From: Nanopusillaceae archaeon
Lineage (GTDB): Archaea; Nanobdellota; Nanobdellia; Nanobdellales; Nanobdellaceae
DNA length: 32,000 nt
Reading direction: 5' to 3'
Assembly (NCBI GenBank): GCA_049974095.1
Contig: JBMFJD010000008.1
Location: 18,577-50,576, forward strand
This document shows, one piece after another, positions 8,708 through 17,772 of this stretch. Below the pieces are notes generated by a model. It did no database searches and had not been told where the DNA came from. It was given only the letters and a program-made list of their open reading frames with translations. The stretch's first letter is position 1. The number at the start of each line of letters is the position of its first letter. A program made the translations under genes and the position numbers.

Positions 8708-9397
8708 ATGCTTGAAATAAAAAAATTAAATGTATATTCAAATGGAAGAAAAATATTGAATAATATAAGTTTGTCTTTTGATTATGGAAAATTATATTTA
8801 ATTTTTGGTCCAAATGGATCTGGAAAAACAACATTATGTAGGGCAATATTGAATGATGAAAATATAAAAAAAGAGGGAGAAATTATTTTAGATGGAAAAG
8901 ATATAACAAATGAAAAAACAGAAAATATTTCAAAAAATATATTTTATTCATTTCAGAATCCTATAGAAATTGAAAATATAAGAACAAAAATATTATTGAT
9001 GAATATATTGGGAAATTATGATGAGGATAAAATAAAAAAATTGGGAAAAGAATTAGGATTGCCAGAAGATTTTTTAGAAAGAGGAATAAATTATAATTTA
9101 TCTGGTGGAGAAAAGAAGAAATTTTCTTTATTATTATCAATATTACTAAATAGAAAAATAAATATTTTTGATGAAATAGATTCTGGAGCAGATATAGAAT
9201 TTTTAGATATATTAAAAGAATATCTAGAAAAAATGAAAAAAGAAGGAAAAATAATAATATTAATATCTCATAATATAAAATTTGTAAAAGAATTAAATAT
9301 CGATAGAGTAATAATTTTATTAAATGGAGAAATAAAATATGAAGGAGGAAAAGAAATATTAGAAAAAATAGAAAAATATGGATTTACAATTTTTTAA
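8708..9397 (+). CDS. sufC: SufC-like Fe-S cluster assembly ATPase (ABC type)
   Basis: Walker A GPNGSGKTT, the SufC-like block IFYSFQNPIEIENI, signature LSGGEKKK, Walker B IFDEIDSGADIEFL, and H-loop ISHN. Confidence 0.75.
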   Translation: MLEIKKLNVYSNGRKILNNISLSFDYGKLYLIFGPNGSGKTTLCRAILNDENIKKEGEIILDGKDITNEKTENISKNIFYSFQNPIEIENIRTKILLMNILGNYDEDKIKKLGKELGLPEDFLERGINYNLSGGEKKKFSLLLSILLNRKINIFDEIDSGADIEFLDILKEYLEKMKKEGKIIILISHNIKFVKELNIDRVIILLNGEIKYEGGKEILEKIEKYGFTIF

Positions 9398-9977
9398 AAA
9401 TATATTTAGAAAATATTTTGAAAAAGAATTTGAAAAATATGAAATAATAGAAAAGGAATATAAATTTAATAATGATAATTTTTTGGAAATAAAATTAGAA
9501 AATAAAATATATTATAATGTTTTTAATTTAGAAAATTGCAAATTAAGGATAAAAATAAATAATAATGAAAAAGCAATGATATATAATGAATTTAATATTT
9601 CTGGTAATGTAAAAATAGAATTTCTGATTGATAACAATTCATATTTATATTTTTATAACTTTTATAATATAAAAGGAAATAGTAATGGTGAATTTTTAGA
9701 AAAAATATATAATAAGAAGAAAATAGTTTTGATATCAAAAATATTTATTGATAAAGATTCTGAAAATTCTGAAGGAAAATTAAATCAGATATTGTTAGAA
9801 GAAAATGGAATATCGATTTTATTACCAATATTGGATGTTAGAAACAATAAATCAAGAGGATTTCATGGATCAAAAGTATTAAGATTAAGTAAGGAAGAAA
9901 TAAATTATCTAAAATATTTTTCTCTTGATGAAAATAAAATAAAAGAGATATTAATGAAAGAATTTATAAATATATAA
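9378..9977 (+). CDS. Short SufB/SufD-like protein (truncated SufBD domain)
   Basis: Overlaps sufC by 20 nt. The C-terminus, SRGFHGSKVLRLSKEEINYLKYFSLDENKIKEILMKEFI, resembles the conserved SufB/D C-terminal block (.H...g.l.ee.lfYL.sRGl.e.ea..l). It is only 199 aa. Confidence 0.55.
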   Translation: MDLQFFKNIFRKYFEKEFEKYEIIEKEYKFNNDNFLEIKLENKIYYNVFNLENCKLRIKINNNEKAMIYNEFNISGNVKIEFLIDNNSYLYFYNFYNIKGNSNGEFLEKIYNKKKIVLISKIFIDKDSENSEGKLNQILLEENGISILLPILDVRNNKSRGFHGSKVLRLSKEEINYLKYFSLDENKIKEILMKEFINI

Positions 9978-10007
9978 GAATATAAACCTTGATTTTATAT
10001 AATTTTA

Positions 10008-10985
10008 ATGGCGGATGAGGAAAAAGAAGAAATTAAAAGTTTAGAAGACTTACCTGGAGTAGGTCCAAAAACTGCACAAAAATTGAGAGATGCTGGTATA
10101 TTTACAATAGAAGATTTAGCAATGTCTTCTGTTCATGAGTTAGTTGAAAAAGTTGGATTAGGAGAAGAAACTGCAAAGAAATTAGTAGAAATGGCTCAAG
10201 ATATTGTAGGACACGGATTTAAAACAGCATATGATTATTTTAATACAAGACAAGTAATAGAAAGAATAACTACAGGATCTAAAGCATTGGATGATTTATT
10301 GGGTGGTGGAGTTGAAACTCAATCTTTAGTAGAAGCTTTTGGTGAATTTGGATCTGGAAAAACTCAATTGGGTCATCAATTAGCAGTAAATGTTCAATTA
10401 ACAAAAGATAAAGGAGGATTAAGCGAACCAGATAAACCCGCTCAGGCAGTATATATTGATACCGAAGGTACATTTAGACCTGAGAGAATTGTACAAATGG
10501 CAAAGGGGGCAGGATTAGATCCAGATTCTGTATTAAAAAACATATTATTTATTAGAGCATATAATTCTGATCATCAAATAAATATTGTAAAGAGAATACC
10601 AAGTTTAATACATGAAGGTAAAAATATTAGGTTATTAGTAATAGATTCTATTACTGCACACTTTAGAGCAGAATATATTGGAAGAAGTAATTTAGCAGAA
10701 AGACAACAAAAATTAAATCAACATTTAAGGGATTTATTAAAGTTGGCTACTGTTTATAATATTTCAGTATATGTTACAAATCAGGTTATGGCAAAGCCAG
10801 AAGGATATTTTTCATTAGATCAACAAGCAGTTGGTGGACATGTTTTAGCTCATGCAATAACGTATAGAATATTTTTAAGAAAGGGTAAAGAGAGGACAAG
10901 GATTGCAAGATTAATTGATGCACCACATTTACCAGAGAGAGAGGCAGTATTTAAGATAACTGAAGAGGGTATTAGGGATGTATAA
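10008..10985 (+). CDS. radA: DNA repair and recombination protein RadA
   Basis: N-terminal HhH ([20 protein letters not shown]), Walker [10 protein letters not shown], Walker B LLVIDS, and the full Rad51/RadA core ([27 protein letters not shown]). Confidence 0.95.
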   Translation: MADEEKEEIKSLEDLPGVGPKTAQKLRDAGIFTIEDLAMSSVHELVEKVGLGEETAKKLVEMAQDIVGHGFKTAYDYFNTRQVIERITTGSKALDDLLGGGVETQSLVEAFGEFGSGKTQLGHQLAVNVQLTKDKGGLSEPDKPAQAVYIDTEGTFRPERIVQMAKGAGLDPDSVLKNILFIRAYNSDHQINIVKRIPSLIHEGKNIRLLVIDSITAHFRAEYIGRSNLAERQQKLNQHLRDLLKLATVYNISVYVTNQVMAKPEGYFSLDQQAVGGHVLAHAITYRIFLRKGKERTRIARLIDAPHLPEREAVFKITEEGIRDV

Positions 10986-11018
10986 AACTTTATAATTTCA
11001 TATTTTGTATATTTTTAT

Positions 11019-11270
11019 ATGGAAAGATATGAAGCTTCATCTTTAATAAATAGATCAGTAGTTACTGATAAAGGAAGGAAGTTGGGAGAAGTTGTAGATT
11101 TACAGTTTGAAGAAAAGAGTGGAGAAGTATTAAATATGATTTTAAAAAATCCTACTGAAAATGCTGAAAGATTAGGATTAGAAAAAACAAAAGATGGATT
11201 TTTAGTACCCTTTGTTGCTGTTAAAGCAATTGGAGATTATATTGTTGTATCTGAAGAAGATCTTATCTAA
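11019..11270 (+). CDS. PRC-barrel domain protein
   Basis: 83 aa. The pattern L..RSVVTDKGRKLGEVVDLQFEEKSGEV...VPF..V.AIGDYIVV is typical of archaeal stand-alone PRC-barrel proteins. Confidence 0.65.
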   Translation: MERYEASSLINRSVVTDKGRKLGEVVDLQFEEKSGEVLNMILKNPTENAERLGLEKTKDGFLVPFVAVKAIGDYIVVSEEDLI

Positions 11271-11274
11271 TTTT

Positions 11275-11493
11275 TTATTCTGCAGGTTTTATTACTGATA
11301 TATTATCTCCTCTTAGAAATATCCAAGGTAATTTTTTATTTGTGTCCAATTCAGTTACATCTTCTAATACCATATTAGGATGAACATCCGATGCTACTAA
11401 TTTACCTCTATATTGTTTACCATTCTTCATTTCTACTATTATTTCTTTTCCTTTTGATTGTGTTATTACATCTAAAGGTCTTACTATATCCAT
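11275..11493 (-). CDS. Sm-like (LSm/SmAP) RNA-binding protein
   Basis: 72 aa with an Sm1 motif (IIVEMKNGKQYRGKLVASDVHPNMVLEDV) and an Sm2 motif (IFLRGDNISVI). Confidence 0.88.
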   Translation of the reverse strand: MDIVRPLDVITQSKGKEIIVEMKNGKQYRGKLVASDVHPNMVLEDVTELDTNKKLPWIFLRGDNISVIKPAE

Positions 11494-11547
11494 AAGGTAT
11501 GAATATACAAAAAGATTTTATAAATTTATTTTTCCTTTATTTAAAAA

Positions 11548-11967
11548 TTATTGTTTTAATAATATTGCGTTAATAACTCCGTCTTGCCCTGGTCTTGATA
11601 TTACTACTGCTTTTCCTATTTCAGTATTTATTATTGTATTTTTTGTTATAATTTTTTCTCTATCAAGATTTTTATCATTTGGATTTTTAATTACTTCTAA
11701 TATTTTTACTTTCTTTATTTCTCTTGTATCTGGATTTAAAACATTTGCATATAATGCTTCTTTTAGTTTTACTTTATAGTTTCCACCTTTAACTCTTACA
11801 ATATATCTTAATTCATCATTAGTTTCAGATAATCTAGTTTTAATTGGATATCTACCATAATGCGCTTTTCTTTTTTTACTATTTGGAGTTTTAATTCTAC
11901 CATTTTCTTTTCTTAAATCTTTTCCTTGATATATTGATAATCCTAATTTTTTGTATATTGTTACCAT
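11548..11967 (-). CDS. rps8e: 30S ribosomal protein S8e
   Basis: QGKDLRKENG..., KKRKAHYGR, RVKGGNYKVKL, ANVLNP, the C-terminal RPGQDGVINAILL block, and the matching length. Confidence 0.85.
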   Translation of the reverse strand: MVTIYKKLGLSIYQGKDLRKENGRIKTPNSKKRKAHYGRYPIKTRLSETNDELRYIVRVKGGNYKVKLKEALYANVLNPDTREIKKVKILEVIKNPNDKNLDREKIITKNTIINTEIGKAVVISRPGQDGVINAILLKQ

Positions 11968-11990
11968 TTTTCTAATTATAATGAAAAAAT

Positions 11991-11998
11991 TTTAAAAG
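11991..11998 (+). promoter_or_regulatory. TATA-like box (TTTAAAAG) preceded by an A-run, about 26-33 nt upstream of tRNA-Leu position +1
   Basis: This spacing would start transcription at or within a few nt of the mature tRNA 5' end. The AT-rich context weakens the call. Confidence 0.3.
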
Positions 11999-12023
11999 AC
12001 AAATTATTATAAAATAAAAATAC

Positions 12024-12123
12024 GCGGGGGTGCCCGAGCGGTCAAAGGGGTCGGGCTTAAGACCGACTGGTAAGAGACCCGATGGGTTAAGGCCCGCCAG
12101 GGGTTCAAATCCCCTCCCCCGCA
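12024..12123 (+). tRNA. tRNA-Leu (anticodon UAA), class II with a long variable arm and a 15-nt intron. No encoded CCA.
   Basis: Hand-folded cloverleaf. Acceptor GCGGGGG/CCCCCGC. Anticodon stem TCGGG/CCCGA interrupted by the intron. Loop CTTAAG|A. T arm AGGGG-TTCAAAT-CCCCT. Discriminator A. It is a GC-rich island in AT-rich DNA. Confidence 0.93.
12062..12076 (+). other. tRNA-Leu intron (15 nt, canonical 37/38 position) with a perfect bulge-helix-bulge motif
   Basis: Central 4-bp helix CTTA (12056-12059) pairs with TAAG (12071-12074). It is flanked by the 3-nt bulges AGA (12060-12062) and AGA (12075-12077). Inner stem CC/GG closes on the GACT loop. Confidence 0.85.
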
Positions 12124-12124
12124 C

Positions 12125-12130
12125 TTTTTT
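12125..12130 (+). terminator. Oligo-T tract directly downstream of tRNA-Leu
   Basis: A TTTTTT run begins 2 nt after the discriminator base. Archaeal RNAP terminates at T-runs. Confidence 0.4.
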
Positions 12131-12184
12131 ACCAAAAATTTTCAATGTGGGGTTATTTTTAAATCCTGAATAGATAATATCATT

Positions 12185-12448
12185 ATGAAAACATACTCGA
12201 AAAGAAAAATAAGAAGGGTAGAAAGGGAAATAGAAAAAGCAATCAGAGATATATTAAATTTAATAAAAAGACCACTCTATCATATAGTTAGAGCTAGTGT
12301 CTTATCTTCTATTTTCTATGTAATTATTCATTATTTGCTTCCTATGGTACCATCTATGTACGCAGGATTAGTTTCTATTTTTTTTAGCAATACTATTTCT
12401 ATATTATCATTTAGAGAAGCTTATAAGGCATGTATTAGGATTATTTAA
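12185..12448 (+). CDS. Hypothetical small membrane protein
   Basis: 87-aa ORF between two tRNA genes. Basic N-terminus, then two hydrophobic segments. No family recognised. Confidence 0.4.
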   Translation: MKTYSKRKIRRVEREIEKAIRDILNLIKRPLYHIVRASVLSSIFYVIIHYLLPMVPSMYAGLVSIFFSNTISILSFREAYKACIRII

Positions 12449-12526
12449 ATGGATAATGTTTATCTATAAAACAATAATGAGGATAATAAAAAGATATATT
12501 TAGTTATATTATCTTTTATTCTAAAG

Positions 12527-12600
12527 TGGGGCGGGTGGGATTTGAACCCACGACCTTCCGGTCTTCAGCCGGACGCTCTCCCGGTCTGAGCTACCGCCCC
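12527..12600 (-). tRNA. tRNA-Phe (anticodon GAA), 74 nt, intronless, no encoded CCA
   Basis: The reverse complement folds as GGGGCGG-TA-GCTC-AGACCGGGA-GAGC-G-TCCGG-CTGAAGA-CCGGA-AGGTC-GTGGG-TTCAAAT-CCCAC-CCGCCCC-A. Confidence 0.95.
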
Positions 12601-12645
12601 TTACAATATAATTCTTATTATCTCAAAATCTTATAATATTTTATA

Positions 12646-14451
12646 ATGATAGAAAATTATTATCCGATATTAAAAAATAGATCATTTCAAATTGATGTTG
12701 TAGAAAAAATTCTAACTTATATTAATCAAGGTAAAAAATTTATTTTGTTAGATTCTCCAACAGGATCTGGTAAAACAATAATTGCATTGACTATTTCAGA
12801 TTATTTATCAAAATATGATTTTATAACACATATTGCGGTAAGAACTACTGAAGAAATAAAAAGATATTTAGAAGATTCTGAAAAAATAAAAACAATATTA
12901 AAAGTATTTCCAAATAAAAAGAAGACATGTCCATTATTTTATAATTCAAATTTATCTGGAGAAGAAATTGTATGCGCAGATTGTATATATAGAAAATCTT
13001 TATATGAGCCAGAAATATTATATAGAAGATTAAAAAAATTAAAATATGATTTTATTAAATTAGCAAAGATTGAAAATAAAAAAATGAAAGAAAATAAAGA
13101 AGTAAAATGTATATATCAATCATTTAAGAAAATTGATTCGAAAATATATATTTCTACATATCCATATGTATTTAATCAATATTTAAATGAAATATTAGCA
13201 TTAGATGGAGAACCAGATTTTTTAATAATGGATGAATCACATAATTTATTAACAACACTTATTAATCCAATATCTATCTCTTTTAGAAAATATTTAGAAA
13301 AAAGTTTTGGAAAAAGAAAAGAAGAAAATTTATTATTTCAAGATTCAATAAGAGAATTGGAAATATTAAAAAATGCATTAGGAATACCTGAAGGGGATTA
13401 TAAATATTTGAGGGAGGAATTAATTAAATTTTCAGATGATTTATTATCATTTATAGAAAATGTTATTGCAAAAAAATTTAATACAAGAGATATAATGTTA
13501 ATAAAAGAAAGAATGGAAAAAACATCAAAGGAAATATATATTGATAAAGAAAAATTAAAAGAAGTATTTAATTCTTATGAAAAATTATTGGATAATTTAT
13601 CATTTTATTGGGAAACATATAAAAGATATCTATCAAAAAATAGATTAGAATTACCTAAAAAAAGATGGAATATAAATAAAATATTGAAATTATATTATTC
13701 ATTAAGTGACTCAAATATTTTCTGGATATTTAATTTATTTAAATTGGAAGGATATATAACAAAGTTTGAAGAAATAATAAAAGCATTTGATAATTATAAA
13801 TCAGTAATTTTAATGTCTGGAAGTAATTTTACAAAAGAAGATTTTATTAAATTGTATAAAATAAAAAATGTTGAATATATAAAAGTAGATATAAAATATG
13901 GAAAGAAAGATTATGAAGTAATATATAATTTTTCTTCAAGATATTCATTAAGAAAAGATGAAAGAAATATTGAAAATTTAATTGGAGATATAAAATTTAT
14001 TGCAAATAATTTAGAAAAATATCAATTATTTATGTTTCCTTCCTATTCTTTTATGAAAGAAATATATGAAAAATTAGATATAAAAGAAAAAATATTTTTA
14101 GATGATGGAGAAAAATCATTAAATAAAATATTGGAAACTGATAAAGATATAATATTTACTTATGCAAGATCAAGATTTATCGAAGGGATTCAATTGATAA
14201 GAGATAATAGATCATTATTAAAAGTAATTGTAATTGTTGGAAAACCATATCCTCCTCCACCAAATGCATCAATTTTAATTAATAAATTGATAAAGGATAA
14301 TGATTTAGATTATAAAGAATTTGCAGAAATATTAAAGGATATAAATATAAAACAAGTAATTGGAAGAGCAATTAGATTTCCTGATGATCAAGTAAAAATA
14401 TTTTTTATTGATGATAGATTTACAAAAGCAGAGATAAAGAGATATTTATAA
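12646..14451 (+). CDS. xpd: XPD/Rad3-family (DinG-like) SF2 DNA helicase with a 4Fe-4S domain
   Basis: Walker A DSPTGSGKT. Four Cys with XPD-like spacing (C-x15-C-x2-C-x41-C: TCPLF...VCADC...VKC) inserted in helicase domain 1. DEAH-box variant MDESHNL. Motif VI-like VIGRAIRFPDD. Confidence 0.8.
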   Translation: MIENYYPILKNRSFQIDVVEKILTYINQGKKFILLDSPTGSGKTIIALTISDYLSKYDFITHIAVRTTEEIKRYLEDSEKIKTILKVFPNKKKTCPLFYNSNLSGEEIVCADCIYRKSLYEPEILYRRLKKLKYDFIKLAKIENKKMKENKEVKCIYQSFKKIDSKIYISTYPYVFNQYLNEILALDGEPDFLIMDESHNLLTTLINPISISFRKYLEKSFGKRKEENLLFQDSIRELEILKNALGIPEGDYKYLREELIKFSDDLLSFIENVIAKKFNTRDIMLIKERMEKTSKEIYIDKEKLKEVFNSYEKLLDNLSFYWETYKRYLSKNRLELPKKRWNINKILKLYYSLSDSNIFWIFNLFKLEGYITKFEEIIKAFDNYKSVILMSGSNFTKEDFIKLYKIKNVEYIKVDIKYGKKDYEVIYNFSSRYSLRKDERNIENLIGDIKFIANNLEKYQLFMFPSYSFMKEIYEKLDIKEKIFLDDGEKSLNKILETDKDIIFTYARSRFIEGIQLIRDNRSLLKVIVIVGKPYPPPPNASILINKLIKDNDLDYKEFAEILKDINIKQVIGRAIRFPDDQVKIFFIDDRFTKAEIKRYL

Positions 14452-15630
14452 TTATTCATATTTTAATGCTTCTACAGGACTTATTTTTGATGCTTTATAT
14501 GCAGGAATAATTCCAGAAATCATTCCTATAAAAAATGGGAATAATAATGATAATAAAATTAATTGGATACTAATATATGGGGAAATTGAACTATATCCGA
14601 AATATGCAAATGAAAAACCTACAATATATGAAAAAATAAAACCAGTAATTATTCCAAATATTCCACCAATTAATCCAATAATTCCAGATTCTAATAAAAA
14701 TAATAATAGAACTTGATAATTTTTCATACCTAATGCTTTTAATAATCCAATTTCTTTATATCTTTCTAAAATAGAAGTATACATAGTATTTAATATATTT
14801 ATTGCAGAAATAACAATAGAAACAGATGCTATAATTAAGGAGAATAATGTTAATCCTCCTAAAATTTGATTTATTGTTTTTTCAATTGATTGAGCAGTAA
14901 CAATTATATAATGTTGACCTTTTAAATTATTTATATAATTTTCTAAAGAATTATATGCTAAATTGAAATTGTTTACAATAATTATTAAATAATTATAGTT
15001 AATATTTCCAAATATTTTCTTATAATATCCTTCTGGAAAAATTATTGTATTATCTAATAATGGAGAACCTGTCTGTTGAAATATTCCAATTACTTCGCAT
15101 TTTTCTCCAAAAATATTTATATAATCTCCTACATTTATTTGTTCATTTGGTATGGATTTCATTGCAATATTATATCCTAAATCTACTTGGCATTGATAAT
15201 TGTTTGAAATTAGAGTTCCTTTATATATTTTATAATCCATATAACTTAAATAATTATAATATTTTGTATTTACTACTAAAACATATGCTCCGGCTTGTTG
15301 ATTATTATAATTAAATATTGTTGTAGTAAATAATGCTGGAATTACTAATTCTACTCCAGTTAATCTTTCAATATTTTCAATAAAGTTATTAGATAAAAGT
15401 CCATTTATATTATTTTCAAATCCAACCTTTTCTCCAGGATATAAATATATTATCTTATTTCCAATTGTATTTAATTCATTTTGTATATAATTTTGTAGAC
15501 CCTGAGATAAAGAAATTAATACAAAAATTGTTGCAACACCAATTGTTATTCCTAAAGATGTTAGAAAAGTTCTAACTTTTTTTGTTCTTAAATATTTATA
15601 TATTAAAGATAAATAATCTATTATTCTCAT
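14452..15630 (-). CDS. MacB/FtsX-type ABC transporter permease
   Basis: 392 aa. N-terminal TM, a large extracytoplasmic domain, then three C-terminal TMs with the FtsX-type block (YKEIGLLKALGMKN...LLES..IG..GG) and a terminal P..AYKASKISPVEALKYE. Confidence 0.85.
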   Translation of the reverse strand: MRIIDYLSLIYKYLRTKKVRTFLTSLGITIGVATIFVLISLSQGLQNYIQNELNTIGNKIIYLYPGEKVGFENNINGLLSNNFIENIERLTGVELVIPALFTTTIFNYNNQQAGAYVLVVNTKYYNYLSYMDYKIYKGTLISNNYQCQVDLGYNIAMKSIPNEQINVGDYINIFGEKCEVIGIFQQTGSPLLDNTIIFPEGYYKKIFGNINYNYLIIIVNNFNLAYNSLENYINNLKGQHYIIVTAQSIEKTINQILGGLTLFSLIIASVSIVISAINILNTMYTSILERYKEIGLLKALGMKNYQVLLLFLLESGIIGLIGGIFGIITGFIFSYIVGFSFAYFGYSSISPYISIQLILLSLLFPFFIGMISGIIPAYKASKISPVEALKYE

Positions 15631-17042
15631 TTCTTCCTCCTTTTAATTAAATAATAGGTTAATCCTCCAATAATTAAAATAAAGATAAATATTCCAAAAA
15701 TATTACTTTGATTATTCTTTATTTCTATTCCCATATATCCTAATTCTTCTAATGTAAAATTATATTGATCTACATATTTATTTCCATACACATCTGTATA
15801 ATATAATGTTAAATATACTGTTGAATTTCTATTTTCATTATTTATTGTAAATATAACGGAATTTGAATTTCCAGGATCCAATTCTCCTATATATCCTTGA
15901 TTTGGTGTTAAAATACAATTGCTACAATATGCATTAACATATAAATTATATGCTGGAGAATTACCATAATTAAATATATTAAATGTTATAGCTCCTGAAG
16001 AATAGTATCCTGATAATGTTAATTCAGGATATGAATTTATATTTTCTACAATATTTCCTTGTAAATTATATTGAATAGAATTAGAATAGTATGTAATTAT
16101 AAAAGGTATATATTGAATTCCGAAAACATTGTTTGGAACTATGACATTTATTGGTACATTCATACTTTGTCCAGGATTTAAATATGGAATAAAAATAAAA
16201 CTATTTATTATAGATAAGTTACTTTGTAAGAATTGCAATGATATATCTTTAATAATAGAGTTTGTAGGGTTATACAATGTAATATTTATTCTATTTTCTC
16301 CAATATTTAAATAAGAAACATTATATAAAATTTCTATTTTATTATTTTGTGGAATAATTGGAACGTTTATTGTTTGTAAATAGTTATAATTATTTCCTAA
16401 TGAATCTTGAAATTGAATATTTAATGGTATTGTACAATAATTATTTGCATAATTTGTTGGTATTATTAAATTAAAACTAATTATTTTTGATCCTGAAAAA
16501 TTTGAAAAATATATTGAAGATGGTTGTAATAAACATGTAGAATAATTAGAATAAATTAATAAATTATAAATTTCTTCTCCATTATCTGTTAAATTAATTG
16601 ATAAATTTGCAATTGCTCCATAATAATTATTTAAGTAAAAATATTCTGGAATAGTAATATATGGTATATTTTGAACAATTAATGAATAAAATTGTGAAAA
16701 ATAATTTAATCCATTGTTATTTTCATATGTTCCATTAATAATTATATTATAAAATCCTTGAGGGCAATTTTCATATATTTCTAATGGGAAACAATATGTA
16801 TTACCTGGAGATAAATAATTTAATGATAAGGAGGTTATATTTGAAAATACACAATATGGATAATAAATATTTAGATTTATTAAATTATCTCCCTGATTGT
16901 CATTATTTGTTAAACAAACATTAAGATCTATATAATTATTGCTATTTACTACTTGAGGTAATATCTTTGTAATACTAACTTGTAATGATAATATACTTTT
17001 TATAAAAAATATTAGGGAAACAAATAGTAAAATCTTTCTCAT
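15627..17042 (-). CDS. Secreted, membrane-anchored Asn-rich surface protein (CARDB/COG1361-like repeats, many N-glycosylation sequons)
   Basis: N-terminal signal-like MRKILLFVSLIFFIKSILS. C-terminal TM IFGIFIFILIIGGLTYYLI plus KRRKK stop-transfer. About a dozen N-x-S/T sequons by hand count. Repeated segments resemble CARDB strands (ITLYNPTNSIIKDISL, FNIFNYGNSPAYNLYV). Confidence 0.7.
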   Translation of the reverse strand: MRKILLFVSLIFFIKSILSLQVSITKILPQVVNSNNYIDLNVCLTNNDNQGDNLINLNIYYPYCVFSNITSLSLNYLSPGNTYCFPLEIYENCPQGFYNIIINGTYENNNGLNYFSQFYSLIVQNIPYITIPEYFYLNNYYGAIANLSINLTDNGEEIYNLLIYSNYSTCLLQPSSIYFSNFSGSKIISFNLIIPTNYANNYCTIPLNIQFQDSLGNNYNYLQTINVPIIPQNNKIEILYNVSYLNIGENRINITLYNPTNSIIKDISLQFLQSNLSIINSFIFIPYLNPGQSMNVPINVIVPNNVFGIQYIPFIITYYSNSIQYNLQGNIVENINSYPELTLSGYYSSGAITFNIFNYGNSPAYNLYVNAYCSNCILTPNQGYIGELDPGNSNSVIFTINNENRNSTVYLTLYYTDVYGNKYVDQYNFTLEELGYMGIEIKNNQSNIFGIFIFILIIGGLTYYLIKRRKK

Positions 17043-17073
17043 TTCTATAAAATATAAAGAATATTTTTATAAA

Positions 17074-17772
17074 TCATTTCAATAGTTCTAATGCTTCCTC
17101 AATTGTTGCATCATACGATAATATTTTTCCAGATCTTAATACAACAACTCTGTCTGTTTGTTCTGCAATCTTTGGATTATGTGTTACAATTATTATTGTC
17201 TTTTGATCTTCTTTATTTAATCTTTTAAATATTTCTATAACATCATTTGATGATTTTTCATCTAGATTTCCAGTAGGTTCATCTGCTAATATTAATTCTG
17301 GATCATTTATTAATGCTCTTGCAATTGCAACTCTTTGTTGTTGTCCTCCAGATAATTGGTTTGGATAATGATATAATCTATCTTCTAATCCTAATTTTTT
17401 TAATATTTCTCTAGCTTTTTCTATACTACTTTTTCCATAAATCATCGAAGGTACAATAACATTTTCTAATGCATTTAAATAATTAAATAAATAAAATTGT
17501 TGAAATACAAATCCAATTTTTTTATTTCTTATTTCAGACAATTTATTATCCGGAAATTTTGATACATCTTCTCTAAATAAATATACTTTTCCATATGTTG
17601 GTCTATCTAATAATCCAATTATTGATAATAAAGTAGATTTACCAGATCCAGATGGTCCCATTATTGATACAAGTTCTCCTTCTTTTATTTCTAAATTTAT
17701 ATTATCTAATGCTTTTATTTCATAATCTCCTAATTTATATATTTTTGTTATGTTTTCCAATTTTATTATCAT
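17074..17772 (-). CDS. ABC transporter ATP-binding protein (MacB/LolD-type, COG1136-like)
   Basis: Walker [11 protein letters not shown]-loop FVFQQF, signature [15 protein letters not shown], Walker [13 protein letters not shown], and H-loop VTHN. Confidence 0.92.
   Translation of the reverse strand: MIIKLENITKIYKLGDYEIKALDNINLEIKEGELVSIMGPSGSGKSTLLSIIGLLDRPTYGKVYLFREDVSKFPDNKLSEIRNKKIGFVFQQFYLFNYLNALENVIVPSMIYGKSSIEKAREILKKLGLEDRLYHYPNQLSGGQQQRVAIARALINDPELILADEPTGNLDEKSSNDVIEIFKRLNKEDQKTIIIVTHNPKIAEQTDRVVVLRSGKILSYDATIEEALELLK

Noticed and set aside
12449-12526. A possible sRNA between the 87-aa ORF and tRNA-Phe (contains AATGAGGA).
   Set aside because: There is no D box and no second box pair. 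The region is AT-rich and has no structure that I could fold.
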